Below are positions 42,982 through 56,131 of a stretch of 64,000 nt of DNA, in pieces (the first letter of the stretch is position 1; the number at the start of each line of letters is the position of its first letter). The position numbers were made by a program, and so were the translations under genes. Location of the stretch: assembly GCF_021028975.2 (NCBI RefSeq), contig NC_059441.1:5704001-5768000 (forward strand), given 5' to 3'. The notes beneath the pieces were generated by a model. It worked only from the letters and a program-made list of their open reading frames with translations, had not been told where the DNA came from and made no database searches. This DNA is from Sphaerodactylus townsendi (lineage: Eukaryota).

Positions 42982-44159
42982 CAGTGGTGGGATTCTAATT
43001 TTTTAACAACCAGTTCTGGTCCCCCCCCCCCACTGCTGTGGGGACCCCCCTCTGCTCCCACCCCTGCTGTCTGGCTCCTGTGCCCCCCTTTTCCATGTTG
43101 GGCTGGGAGGAGGCAAGGGAAAGTGGCTTGACCTGAAGGGGCCGTGCTTGAGCTGGAGGCTGGAGCCCTGCTGGAGGTTGCCCAGGTCTCCCAGCCGCTG
43201 CCCTAGCCCAGTGGTGGCGAACCTATGGCACGGGTGCCAGAGGTGGCACTCAGAGCCCTCTCTGCGGGCACGCACAGAGTCGCCCCCTGCACCCCACACA
43301 TCTAGGCTGGCCTGTGCCGCTGGGCTCGATTATTAGCATTAAACCTAAGACCTAGTTTTGGGGAAGCAGTGTAGGAAACTCTGTTAAGCGCTGTTAAACC
43401 CCACTGATTTTCATTCGAAGAACTAAAGAGCGATCCTTTACCTGGGAGAAAGTTCAGTTGCTGGCAATGGGGCTTGCTTCTGAGTAAACCATCCTAGGGT
43501 CGTGATTCACCTGTTGGAAGAGTTACACGGTTGCTTCAAAGCAAAGCCACTGACTACCACCAAGCTTACTCCCCAAAGTACTTGCACCTGAAAACCGTTT
43601 TTCCTAAACTAAAACCTAAGTAGTCAGGTTAAATTGCCGTGTTGGCACTTTGCGATAAATAAGTGGGTTTTGGGTAGCAATTTGGGCACTCAGTCACGAA
43701 AAGGTTCACCATCACTGCCCTAGCCCGAGAAGGCCACTGCAGCGCGGCCCAAAGGCCTGGGCAACCTTCAGCAGGGCTCCAGCCTCCATCCCAGGTGTGC
43801 GGCCCTGCTGGAGGTTGCCCAGGCCTTTGGGCCGCGCTGCAGTGGCCTTCTCTGGCTGGGGCAGTGGCTGGGAGGTCTGGGCAACCTCTGTGGGGAGGAA
43901 GGAAACCCAACCACCCCCCAGAGGCTCACACCTGGCCGCCCACTGGCCCAAAGGCCAAGGGGTGGGGGCTGGCTGGGGCCTCCTGCCCATGCAGAGGCCA
44001 CACAGCTTGGAAGCCCCGGCCACCAGCCCTTTCTTCCTTCCCTTGCAAGGGCAGGCGCTGCGGTGCCTCTTTGCTGTGGGATTGCCGGTTCGGTGAACTA
44101 GCTACAAATTAGTTACCAGTTCTAGAGAACCAGCCCAAACTGGCTGAATCCAACCTCTG
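42982..44159. mobile_element. hAT element inserted in CR1
   Basis: TIRs CAGTGGTGGGATTC / GAATCCAACCTCTG; perfect TSD ATTACTTC. Confidence 0.88.
43209..43717 (+). mobile_element. hAT element nested in the preceding hAT
   Basis: TIRs CAGTGGTGGCGAACC / GGTTCACCATCACTG; perfect TSD CCCTAGCC. Confidence 0.9.
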
Positions 44160-44463
44160 ATTACTTCCCTCGATCTAGACACTGTACTCTTATTGATGCA
44201 TCCCAGAATTGCATTGGCTTTCTTGGCTGCCACATCGCACTGCTGACTCATGTCCAGTTTGTGGTCTGCTTAGACTCCCAGATCCCTTTCGTGTGTAGTG
44301 TTTTCAAGCCAGGTGTCCCCCATCCTATATCTGTGCATTAAATTTTTTCTGCCTAAGTGCAGAATCTTACATTTATCTCTGTTGAAGTTTATTTCCCTAG
44401 TTTTGGCCCAACTCTCTGATCTTGCCAGTAGTCCCTCTTCATGAAACCGCAGACCATGGTCCA

Positions 44464-44763
44464 AGAAGAAGAAGAGTTTGGATTTATACCCCCCCTTTCT
44501 CTCCTGCAGGAGACTCAAAGGGGCTTACAATCTCCTTGCCCTTCCCCCCTCACAACAAACACCCTGTGAGGTAGGTGTGGCTGAGAGAGCTCCGAGAAGC
44601 TGTGACTAGCCCAAGGTCACCCAGCTGGCGTGTGTGGGAATGCACAGGCTAATCTGAATTCCCCAGAGAAGCCTCCACAGCTCAGGCGGCAGAGCTGGGA
44701 ATTAAACCCGGTTCCTCCAGATTAGATACACAAGCTCATAATCTCCTACGCCACTGCTGCTCC
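44464..44763 (-). mobile_element. tRNA-derived SINE (Squam3-like), full length
   Basis: Family identity. Confidence 0.88.
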
Positions 44764-46362
44764 AAATCGGTCCTTGCGGCACCACCTGCGAAACCCTAGA
44801 AGACTGTGTATATGTACAGTTAAACAGGGCTACAAAGTGGAAGAACAGGGCAGCCAAAACAGCACACCATATGGAGGGGCGAATATTATATTGATGCAAT
44901 ACTATTAAGTTGCTGAACTTTTAAAAAAAAATTAAAAGTGGCTTTGGGGAAGGAGCGGTTGCTGCAAGGGGAGTGGCAGGGCGAAGGGGCCCCCAGGACT
45001 GGTAGATCCCGAACACTCCCATCCACACAGCAGCCATCCAGGCGTGACGGTGGTTTCCCCAAAAATATGCAGCAGAGGAGGGTTGAGAAGGATTGCAAAA
45101 AAGCTAAGTTAACCTGGGAGGTTCAAGAACTCACCACGAGGCTGTGGGGAAGCAGGAAGAAACCCCCGTTCCCCGGGAGCATTGCACACGGGGCAGGTGA
45201 CTGGTATGGAAATGCCCTCTGCAGATGTGGGAAGGCTCATGCCCACATGTGACGGATGTGCCTTCATCCTGGGGCTTCCCTTGCCTTGGCCCATGGATGC
45301 AAGCAGGCTCATGGTACCAGGCTGACGTGTTTCTGCCTTGCGCCGCTGGGCCCTGCTGCCCCTTGCTGCTTCAGAAAAAAGCCATCCCTGCTCTGCTCTG
45401 CTCTGTTCTGTTCTATTCAATAAAAAGCTTGACTTGGTTGGAGCAGAGTGGGTGTTTGGAGGGGGGGGGGTTGTGGGCGAGCAGCTTGCATTGAGTTGGC
45501 ACCCTGAGATTACAAGTGACGCCTTTCTTATATTCCACCCGTTGCTTTTTGTCCAGTTTTGATAAGCGTTCAGCATCAGAAAAGCTGAAAGGTCAATTGT
45601 GTTCTTACTTCTGCACTATTGCTAACAAAGCTTAAGAGCCCACGCTTGAAGGAGACCAGCGGCCTTTTTGCAAACTCTTCAAGTCGGCTGGTGTGGTGGG
45701 GCTTGAGACACGAAGAAGGAAGCCAGAAGGGCGGTGGGAGTTTCCTTCTCTGAGTTTCCAGAAGTCATGGAAGGATAGGGCTGTTCTGCCACAGAAAAGA
45801 CTCCACAGTTGAGGCATCCGATGACCCTGCATATTTGATGAGTTGTGTCTTCCTTGCGCACGAAGCCTGGGACGAGTTCCCCCAGGAACGGATGACTTGT
45901 CACTCAAATTACAAAGTTTGCAAAGTGACATGAAAACATCCTCACAGCCACTGACATCCTGAGTGAAACGATCATGCCAATTACTGGGGCGCTTTGACAA
46001 GTGCCGCTTGCAGTTACCACAGTGCGGTCCGTCTCGGGGTGCTCTGCCACCCTGCCAAGGACTCTCTGCCAGCTGGGCACTGAAGGCAGAGCCTGGGAAA
46101 CTGAGACACGCACACAGGCAGGCTGGCTCGCAAACTGTGCCGGAGTTGCCCCTCAGAAGCACAGAATAAGGCCGAAGGTGTGCGCTTCCCTCTTCTGCTG
46201 CCAGCAGGCACAAGGCGGCTCCCGCTGGGTTCTGCTCAGGTCTTGGAGCTGAGCACTGGAAGCCGCCATGCCCTGGTCTGCTTTGCCTTTTCTCTCGGAA
46301 CTTCTGATGCGTGCTTGTTGACTTCTTTTGCATGAGTAAGTCTGTTTTCCTGGGATCTAGGC

Positions 46363-46626
46363 CAGTGGTGGCGAACCTTTGGCACTCCAGATGTTATGGA
46401 CTACAATTCCCATCAGCCCCTGCCAGCATGGCAGTGGTGGGATCCCAAAATTTTAATAACAGGTTCCGACGGTGGTGGGATTCAAACAGTGGCGCCGCCG
46501 CTGCACACACGCCCCTCCAGTCCCTGTTGGGCAGGGAGGTTGCTTTAGGAACCCCTTCTCGGCACTCAGAAAAAATTAGTAACCACTTCTAGAGAAGTGG
46601 TCAGAACTGGTGGGATCCCACCTCTG
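46363..46626. mobile_element. Composite hAT element: half cap-C MITE plus a CAGTGGTGGGATCCCA-type element
   Basis: GATCTAGGC duplicated on both outer sides. Confidence 0.78.
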
Positions 46627-48409
46627 GATCTAGGCCTTGGCATTCACTGGAGTGCCCTAGAAGTGGCCTACCTTCTGCTTGGCTGGGCGACTGGTGCTGT
46701 GCTGGCAAGGTCTCTGGCCCGCGTGGGACTGAACTAGACCACCTGTGGGGAGCAAGGTGTGCGGCTGCGTCACACTGCAAGAGGGTGTTTCCCAGCTGGG
46801 AACCCAGAGAGCCTTCCAGGTGCTTCTTCCCCAGGTCCTCTTTGGAAGGCTGGAACAAGCAGTCCCGCCTCCCCTGTCCTTCACCCAGGAGCCAGTTTTC
46901 AGTGCTAACGGACACATCGATTTAAATCACAATTAAAATCACTAGTCAGCAAGACTTTTTTGAAATCATGGTTTTCTATAGTAAGACTTATTCTTGCTGG
47001 TATAATCTTAATATTTACAACCACATAAAGGTTTCATTTTTTGGACTACTGCCTGCCTTATCCATAGGTAGAGGAACTTGGTTAAAATATTCCCAGACTG
47101 GGTCTCTTTTATGACCTGCTGCCATGATAGATTTTCCCACGCTTCTCAGCCCCACAAGCCAGCTGCTTGGGTCAGGCTCATTCCAAAGCCCCGGCGGCCT
47201 TTCTGGTCTGGTCCTGCTGTTCTAAACGCCTTCTCCTCAATGGGCCGTTCTTTGCAGTATTGCTTGGGTTCAAGACAGATGCTGAGCAGATGTGGGGCAG
47301 AAAGGAAAAAAGAACTCTGCTTAAACCAGGGATCAGACAGGGGACGAGGCCCTCGGCCGACACAGTCTGGAAAGCCGTGTGTGTGTGTGTGGTGTGTGTG
47401 GTGTGTGTGGAGAGCCAGCTGAGGCAACCCCCTGGCCAGCCCACAGATCAGCAGCAAGTGGGGGGGGGTTGCCTCAGCTGGCTCACAGGCCTGATAAGCC
47501 CTCTCAAGGTATCCCCCCCCCACTGTGGGCTCACCAGTCCAGGCATCCCCCCTCCCAGCACTGCTCTAGGGCCAGCCGAGGCAGCCACCCCTTCCCCCCC
47601 CCCAGCCCAGACCCACCAAGTCACATGTCATATCTGGCCTTCATAACAAATGAGTTCAACATTCCAGTCTTAGATCTTGATTACTGACTTCATCCAACGT
47701 TTTACATTTTTGTTTGTGGTTTAAATGTACTGTTCAGAGCCTCTGGGCTTGGGTAGGTTGAAACCTATATGGATCCAGAGAGAGAACCTGTCTCTTAGCC
47801 TGAGAAACCTGGGGAAGGAGTCGACAGCACCCCAGCCGGACGTGTTTTGTTAGCAGAGGTCTCAGCTTCTGCGACGGCAAAGTGATCCAGAGTCTTAATT
47901 CCTTGTGAAGATTGTTAGGGATGTTTGGTTTACCTGGAATTCCAAAGTAACTTGTGTTACAAAATCTGACCCTTCTTTTCCCATCCTGTGATCCATACTT
48001 TTCAGTGACATTTCTGGAGTTGGTCTGTGGGCACTCAGTTTCGTTTGAAATCGCCCTTCTAGGCCCCTCCGCTCATCGGAGGCGGACCTACTGGTGATCC
48101 CTGGCCCCAAGGCGATCCGGCTGGCCTCTACAAGGGCCAGGGCTTTTACGGCTCTGGCCCCTACCTGGTGGAACAGGCTTCCGGGTGAGAAGTTTCCGCA
48201 GGGCCTGCAAAGATTCCGCAAGGCCTGCAAAACGGACCTGTTCCGCCAGGCGTTTGGCCAGCCGGGCTGATTTCAACTCCGCCAAAAGAACATCTGGCCT
48301 CCCGTGGGTACACAAAGGGGGGAGGGAGGGGTTGAAGCCATCTGTAGTTTTAGTATTTTATGTATTATTTTATGTAAATTATATGGACACCGCCCTGAGC
48401 CTTTGGGGA

Positions 48410-48585
48410 NNNNNNNNNNNNNNNNNNNNNNNNNNNNNNNNNNNNNNNNNNNNNNNNNNNNNNNNNNNNNNNNNNNNNNNNNNNNNNNNNNNNNNNNNNN
48501 NNNNNNNNNNNNNNNNNNNNNNNNNNNNNNNNNNNNNNNNNNNNNNNNNNNNNNNNNNNNNNNNNNNNNNNNNNNNNNNNNNNNN
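48410..48585. other. Assembly gap (others at 62765-62937 and 63226-63360)
   Basis: Runs of N. Confidence 0.99.
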
Positions 48586-51054
48586 GCACTCTTGAATTCT
48601 GAGCCTCTTCCTGGGTTCCTGGAACTTCCCACTGACTCTCTGGGGGCCGCTGCCTGCAGAGGGCACGTAGTAGTTTCAAGCTGAGGTCTTAGCAAAGGGG
48701 AAAGTGACTCACAAACAGTAAACAAAGTCAGGTGAAGATCCCCCCCCCCCCCGACCTCTCGATTCCCAGGTATGTTGTCAGTGAGTAGAAGGAGCAAGTA
48801 GAAGGATGGCAATTCTTTGTGGACATACTGGTCAATTTTTAGAAACTTTTTACAAATGCTTTTGTGCAAGCAACGCTGCCACCATTGCTGTTATACTTTT
48901 TATTTATTCTCTGATTGAGGGTTGTAGTTATCTTTATTAAGGAACAGAAGGAGGAAGTTATTGATGGAAAAACTACACCTCTCTTATGCACAGCCCAACT
49001 GAACTGGCTGGGTGGGGGAGACAGGATAGAAGTTTGCTTCCCAGTTGTGAGTTTGGATTAAAGCTCCAAAGCGTAACCAACAAAACTGGCTTTGTGACTT
49101 GCGTGTAAATTGGTGTGCACTGTCGGTTTTAGTGTGAACGGTGGGTGGCTGGTTCCAAAACCAGGCAACTTAACCCTGCTCTGAAAGGAATGTCAGCCGC
49201 GGCCGGCACTCTGTCACTGCGCTGCCTTTGTCCGTATCCTGCGGGTCTTGGGAAAAAAAGAACAGTCGACATTCTAGCACTGCTTGGTGGGCCCAGGATC
49301 GCCATGGAAACCAAGGTGGGATTTCTTAGGGGATGCCCTCTGTTGAAAGCAAAGGTGCTGCTCATTTCAGGGCGGTCTGAGCCGGCCAGTCTGCCTGGGG
49401 GAGCAGCAGGGGATGCTTTGGCGCGACGTCCTCAGGGTCTGGGCTGTCAAAAGCAATAAATAATCACTCGGGCCCCTGAAGGTGCTCTGATGTTTCAGAC
49501 TCCTGCAAATACCCGAGTGGGTTTCTCCGGCAACTCTCCAGAGTATAAAATACGAAGCCTGTCAGATACACAAATGCAGCAGATAAAGTAGAGGCTAAAA
49601 GGTTGGCAGGGGCTCTTGACAGGCGTGGGAAGTGAAGGGGGGGGGGTCTCCTGACGGAGGGGAAAAGATGTAGCTCTCTGTAGGTTGGCTTCGTTATAGT
49701 GCCTGTGAGTGACGTGATGGCCTTGGAGTGCAGGAGACCTTTGAAACCCGGCGTCGGTGTGCTCGTTTCTCGTTGCGTTCCTCCTTTCCTGCCCCTCTGT
49801 GATCAGAGCCACGCCAAAGGCAGCCGTGCCCACAGGCTCATCTCGTGGCCATCAGTGCCATTTTAGAAGAAGTTGTCCCTTTTCAGAAATTTACACAGGG
49901 CCTCAGTCCAGTTCACGGTGAATCTCCTGCATGGAAACAGCCCTGTGGTTAGTTAGCTCTCTGTTTTTGTGGAGTATTTTGTGCACACAGAACAGTCAGT
50001 GCTGTGTTGGCATATGGGGGAAATGGCTTGGAGGGAGGGAGGCAGCTCTTCGTCCCCCCAGCAGCTGTGTGGCTGCAGGAAACCTGGATACAGTTCTTGA
50101 AAACACAATCATGTTGTTTGGCTCTGAGTTTGTCAGGTGTTTCCAACAACATTGAAAGGGAAGATGGCTGTCTCTGGGTATTCATGGTAGAAATCTGTCA
50201 GGGGATCGTATATAGTTGATTGAGATGCATTCCTAGCTCAATGTAATTGCTACAAGATATATGTAACCAGCCTGCTTCATTGCCGTTCCGGGGCATTCTT
50301 TCCTTGAACTTTGCTTTATGGCTTCACATGCCCAGTAGATAACTCGACTTTCCCCTGACACTTTTGTCTCATGGGAAACAGGATTGTTTCTGTTGTCTTG
50401 TGGGGGCAGGATGCCAGGTGGCTTTATCTGTATCTATCCCCGACCTGGAGGTGCCTTAGCTCTTTCTCCCATTCTTTGGGAAAATGGGAGTGGGGGGATT
50501 AGCATCAGAATAAAACGGGTAGCAAAAGCCAGGTTCCCCAGAACTGGCTTTGTCCATCTGGGTGTTTCGATACCTTCAATAAACAGTACCAATTAACAAT
50601 ACAGAGTCTGTTGATTGCTTCAAGGTCTGAGACCTAACACAGTCTGGCAAACGGGCTTTCCATTTTAAATGGCTCTTTCCCCAATTTCACAAACTTGCAA
50701 CCTGCCCTCCAGAATACCAGGTGTAGCTGCCGTTCCAACAAATAGGACATTTCTCCTATTTGTGTCCTAGTGAAAAACATCCACGCGTTCCTGGGAGGCC
50801 GTGGCTCCCATGAGAAGAGGCAACACTGGTGTTTGCGAGTGAGAATCCGCCAATCAGCTGCTGCCGTGTTGCTCGGGGCCACCTGAACAGGCCCGGGTTC
50901 TTCCCCCGTTTGCGGCTGCAGAGCCTCGATGATGCTCAAAACCTCCAATTGCTTTGTCTCATTCTGGTTGCATTTCAGCTCCTCCGAGTGTCCGTTTGGC
51001 TCTGAGTGCCCTTGCTCACAGCTGGCCCTGGGGGGTGGAACTTGAGTTATCTAA

Positions 51055-51346
51055 GGAGCAGCAGTGGCGTAGGAGGTTAAGAGCTCGTATATCTAATCTG
51101 GAGGAACCGGGTTTGATTCCCAGCTCTGCCGCCTGAGCTGTGGAGGCTTATCTGGGGAATTCAGATTAGCCTGTGCCCTCCCACACACGCCAGCTGGGTG
51201 ACCTTGGGCTAGTCACAGCTTTCCGGAGGTCTCTCAGCCCCACCCACCTCACAGGGTGTTTGTTGTGAGAGGGGAAGGGCAAGGAGATTGTCAGCCCCTT
51301 TGAGTCTCCTACAGGAGAGAAAGGGGGGATATAAATCCAAACTCTT
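51055..51346 (+). mobile_element. tRNA-derived SINE (Squam3-like), full length
   Basis: Family identity. Confidence 0.88.
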
Positions 51347-53982
51347 CAAACTCTAAGGGGAGGGTCCCAGCAGCCCCCTAGAAAGCAGGTGGAGGCGGTG
51401 GGGGGGAGCTGCCAAGGTTGTCTCTACGGATGCAAAACCGTCTTCCTTTTCTAGCCAGCTCAGCAGAGCAGCCGGCTGCCCCCTGGCAGAGTCCGCCTCG
51501 CAAGGGCTGCGCTGGGCTGGGAGAGGTTGGCTGAGGCCCATGCTGCTCCGTGGAGGCTGGGCTGTGTCTGGCTCTGCTCCTGGGGAATGCGAATGTTGGG
51601 GTTTGGGCACAACAAGCTCTCAGTGCTGTCGTGGGTGGCTTGCGAAATGAACAAGCGAGTGTACTCAGATGCTCCGTGGCAAATCTGCCCTCATCTCTGG
51701 TCAGTTTCCAGGAGAAGTGTGAAGGCTGCAGCAGGCTGGAGACTTGAGTTCTGGCTTTACATCTTTGGGGATGTTGTTTGAGGCAGCCGTGAGCCGCCTG
51801 TACCCTAACCCTAACCTTGTACCCTCCACTGTGGGTGTCAGCTGGCTTTTCGTGGGAGAGCGGGGCTCAGCATCTGGCTCCGAGTTGGCAAATGTGGGAG
51901 TCTGGCAATTTCAGGTAAGCAACCTGCTCTTGTCTAAAGGGCTGTAGCCATTATGTCAGGACGCCCCATGTTATTCCAAAGGTTTTATTCCTGAACACCC
52001 TGCTAACCTTGTGGTCAAACCAGAAGTGTCGGCCAGCCGTCCTTGATCAGGTGGTCTTGAGGGGCAGGGTTGTTTAAAAAGCCCCAAAATTCATGGGCAA
52101 GGTGACTCAGTGGAACTGTTGGCTAGAATTGCCATTTCCAGATGGAGGAATTCTTGGAGATTTGGGGGTGAAGCCAATGGAGGGCAGGATGTGGGGAGGG
52201 GGAGGGGGAGGGGGAGGGGGGACCTCAGCCATAGATGTAATTCTGTAGAGTTCTCCCTGTTTCCTCCAGGAGATCTGGCCTCTGTCACCAGGATATCAGT
52301 TATAGTACTGAGACACAGGTGTCAAACTCACAGCTCTCCAGATGTTATGGACTACAGTTCCCATGGGAACTGTAGTCCACAACATCTGGAGGGCCGTGAG
52401 TTTGACACCTGTGTGAGAGATCCCTTGCCCCCACCAGGAGGGTGGCAGCCATCCCCTTGGGCCTGCTCTCTTTACAACCCTGTGTGACTTCCCGTGGCAT
52501 GTTTTGGCACACTTAAAACTGATTGCAATAAAACTGTTTAGAAATGCTTACAAAGAACGAGGCATTTGTGGGTTTCACCTTTTCGGGCGCTCCCTCACAC
52601 ACCTGTTAGGGTGCCAGAGTTGTCCCTGGTCAAGGGTGCTCAAGCGAAATGGGAGCCTTCTCCTAGGAGAAGAATCCTCCCTGGTCCCCGGTGTCTCTCA
52701 GGACTGCGGCAGAGCAGACTCCCAGGGGTTAGCCAGGAGTCGCGCAGCAGGAATCTGCATTCTCGTCTCTAAGAGTATGACAGTGGCCGCTAGGCTGAAT
52801 ACAGACAGTTCAAGCCTGCAGGGGTCTGCAATCTGTGGCTCTCCAGATGTTCATGGACCACAATTCCCATCAGCCCCGCCAGCATGGCCAATTGTCCATG
52901 AACATCTGGAGAGCCACAGGTTGCAGACCCCTGGTTCAAGGTGTCCTCTACTCAGGAGGAGGGAGTGGGGCTGTAAGCCTTGACAGGGCCACAGGAAGGG
53001 CAAGGCCACAAAATGCCGTGGGATCCAAGCCTGGCCTAGGCAAGTCCAGCCACCCCCTCCCCCCAGCACCAGCTGGTGCTCCAGGCCTCTGCCATGACAG
53101 CTGTGGTGCTGACCCCATGCCGACTCCCCAGGCTGGGCCGCTTCCCATGCCGGCCTGGGCTCAGTTCTTGCTTTCTGAGTAGTCCCCCCTGCAGGGTTGG
53201 AGCCCTTTTTGGGCCCGCCTGCCTCTGGGATCACCAGCCAGTCTTTGCTGCAAGATCCCCCTGCTTCTGGCCGGGCCGCCCCTTTGCTGTGGGTGCTGCT
53301 CCTTCGATCCAGCCTCTTCGCGTCCTTTCCCGAGATTTAGCCTTCCCCACTCTTGGCTCTGCTCTCTGGGCTTGTGCTGGGGGGGGGGCTCTGCTCTGGG
53401 AGGCGCCCTGCCCTGCCCTGCCCTGCCCTGCCCGCCCTGCAGACGCACCTTCCAAGTGAGCTCTCCTTTGGGCCAGCTGCTTAGGATCTGCAGGGACGCC
53501 ACTGGAAACGCGAAGCCTGGTTCTCTCTCCTTTCTGAGCCTGGCAGAACCAGGAGGCCGAGTCCAACTCACCTTCCTTGGCCTCTGGCAGAGGTCCCTGC
53601 TGGGTCAGCAGTAGGAGCCCAGGTGGGGTGGCCGTCCGCTCTTCTCCCGGAGCCTGCCTGCCTGCCTGGGGCTGAGGCTGCTGAGACAGGAGCAAGAATC
53701 TACATCTCCTGTTTCACCTCCTCAGCAAAATAAAAGCCGAGTGGCAGCTCCCGTTCTGAGAGGAGTCAACGGCTTTTTGCACCTGAGGTCTACCTCAAGC
53801 CTTTTCAAAAATCTCATTCTGCAAGTGCAGTGCGGTTCATGTGTCATGGGGAAAACTGAGCTGGTATGTCACACTTCCGTAAATTAGGACCTTTGTGCCG
53901 TGTTCGAAACATTCTGTATCTGTTTTTTGGCATCTCTGAACTGGAGGGGAGTGTGTATCAGTTTCTGACTTTCTAGACTCTA

Positions 53983-54130
53983 CAGGGGTCTGCAACTTGC
54001 GGCTCTCCAGATGTTCATGGACTAAAAATCCCATCAGCCACTGCCAACATGGCCAATTGGCCATGCTGGCAGTGGCTGATGGGATTTGTAGTCCATGAAC
54101 ATCTGGAGAGCCGCAGGTTGCAGACCCCTG
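53983..54130. mobile_element. Full-length 148-bp palindromic hAT MITE, cap A
   Basis: Near-perfect palindrome centred on GGCCAATTGGCC. Confidence 0.9.
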
Positions 54131-55870
54131 AACTGACGAAGGACTTTGGAAGGTGCCATGTTCAATGCTCCTCAGACATCAGATCAGAACGTGGCCAGTA
54201 TTCCTGTAGGCCAGTTTGCAGGGTCCACCGTTAGCTTGGCTGCTGTTTCTTGGTTAAAGTGTCTTTAGCCTGTCTTTCCTCTCCAAAGAGCAGGGGCAGA
54301 GCGAGGGGAAACTGCGCCTGGGGCACGCGCACGCCCTGCGTCCTTGCTGCGGCGCCCCCTGCCCCACCCTGGAATGCCCGGAACTCCTAAGCAGGCCAGA
54401 TCCAGCAGGCTTCCGAAAAAAGCAGTGCCGCGTGCAGAAGTCTGAAGTAACAGGGGAGGGGCTCCCTTCTCTGAGGGGTCACGGCATTTCCTGTCAGCAG
54501 GTATTTGTTTTAGCTTGGTTGAGGGAAACAGACCACCTGCCTGGGCAATGCACAACCCCCAGGAGCAGCGAATCCCTGACCAAAGGTGAGCATGAGCCAC
54601 GTTTGATCAGTGGAAGCAGGTTCTGTGGTTGGTCAGGGTGACCTGGTTTTTCCATGTGTGCCTGAGATGCTGCGTTTCTTGTGGGGGGGGGCAGGAGGGT
54701 GTCTGCCAGAGAGTGCCCCCCACCCCCCCAGGACCGGACTTTCTTCTTTCCCCCTGCTGAGATCTCTGAGTTCCTTTCCCTGAGTTCTTTCTGTGGAACA
54801 TCAGAAGCAGCACTGGGGGCAGAGGGCATCTGCAGTGGGAGGGTGGCATGAGCAGAAAAGGCCCCCCTTCTAGAAATGGCAGCGCTGTTCTGTGAGCGCA
54901 GTGGCAGGACTGGAGACACCCCCCCCATTATGCGTGTTAGCGGCGTGTGTGTGTGTGTCTCTGCCTGCTCCTGCTGTCACAGCGCTTTTGCCAGAGACGT
55001 TGACCTCTTGATTTAGACAGCAGAAGGAAGCAGTGAGGGAAGTATCTTTTTTGTAATTATCTTGAAGGAATGTGCTAAGATGTTCCAGGCCCCGGCAAAC
55101 TGGATTTCAGGATTTTCTCCGTCTAGTGGTGCTGCCAGCCCCACTGCCCCCCCCCCCCTTCCACTTATTAATGGCAGCACATTCTGATGACTTGTGCAAA
55201 GGCCTTTTTTCCTTTCACGGCGGGAGGTTGTGTTCTGTCGAAGACGTGTTTCCCGTCAACGTGCCAGGCAGGGCCCGGCGGCGGCGGCAGCAGCAGCAGC
55301 GGGGCAACGCATGAAAACCCACCTCTGCCCCAAGATGTCTGCCTCGCCACTGCCAGCTCCTCTTATGCAAGGGATGATTTGGCGAGCTTTCTGGAACAAG
55401 CCGTATGCGAAGGCCACTGGCGGGTGAACAAAACAGTCTAATGTACGCAGCACAAAAGCCCTATTCACGCTCACACGCATGGAACCATTTATACCAGATT
55501 TGCAGTTCCTGCCCATTTCCCAACTCCCCTGCAAACTGAACCTTCTCTTCTCCCTGGACGGCGGGTTGATATCAGAGTTCTTCCCAGTCATTGCCTTGGC
55601 AATTCCAGGCCAGTGGGAGGGGAGGGGAGGGGGGGCTTTTCTGAAAGAAGGAGCTGTTTCTTAGCCGCCAACCCCCCCCCCCCTTCTTGCACACAGAACA
55701 GCTGGGAGCTTTCAGTGACTCAGTTTGTGGACCTTGGAAGAGCTGGCTCCACCAGTGGTGGAGGGCCCACCCATGCCTCCTCCCAGCACGATAGAGCCTC
55801 CTCCCAGCATCTACCGGTAGAGACCTCGCAAGTAGAAGAAGGCCATCAGATGTTTTGCATTTACTTTGCT

Positions 55871-56131
55871 TAGGGGTCTGCAACCTGCGGCTCTCCAGAT
55901 GTTCATGGACTATAAATCCCATCAGCCCCTGCCAGCATGGCCAATTGGCCATGCTGGCAGGGGCTGATGGGATTTGTAGTCCATGAACATCTGGTGAGCC
56001 GCAGGTTGCAGACCCTATAGGGCAGGGGTCTTCAAACTATGGCCCTCCAGATGTTCATTGGCCATGCTGGCAGGGGCTGATGGGATTAGTAGTCCATGAA
56101 CATCTGGAGAGCCGCAGGTTGCAGACCCCTG
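55871..56131. mobile_element. Two adjacent palindromic MITEs: cap A (55871-56017) and a cap D/cap A chimera (56023-56131)
   Basis: Second element begins CAGGGGTCTTCAAACTATGG and ends CAGGTTGCAGACCCCTG. Confidence 0.85.

Larger units (their letters stand above)
42524..44425 (-). mobile_element. CR1 LINE fragment split by nested hAT insertions
   Basis: YEERLRELGMFSLEK.RLRG.MI (42618-42911) and FNRDKCKILHLGRKN...RDLGV (44270-44400). Confidence 0.9.

Noticed and set aside
51055-51130. tRNA gene
   Set aside because: It is the tRNA-derived head of a multi-copy SINE.
51802-51815. Telomere-like CCCTAA repeat
   Set aside because: Only about two units; expected by chance.
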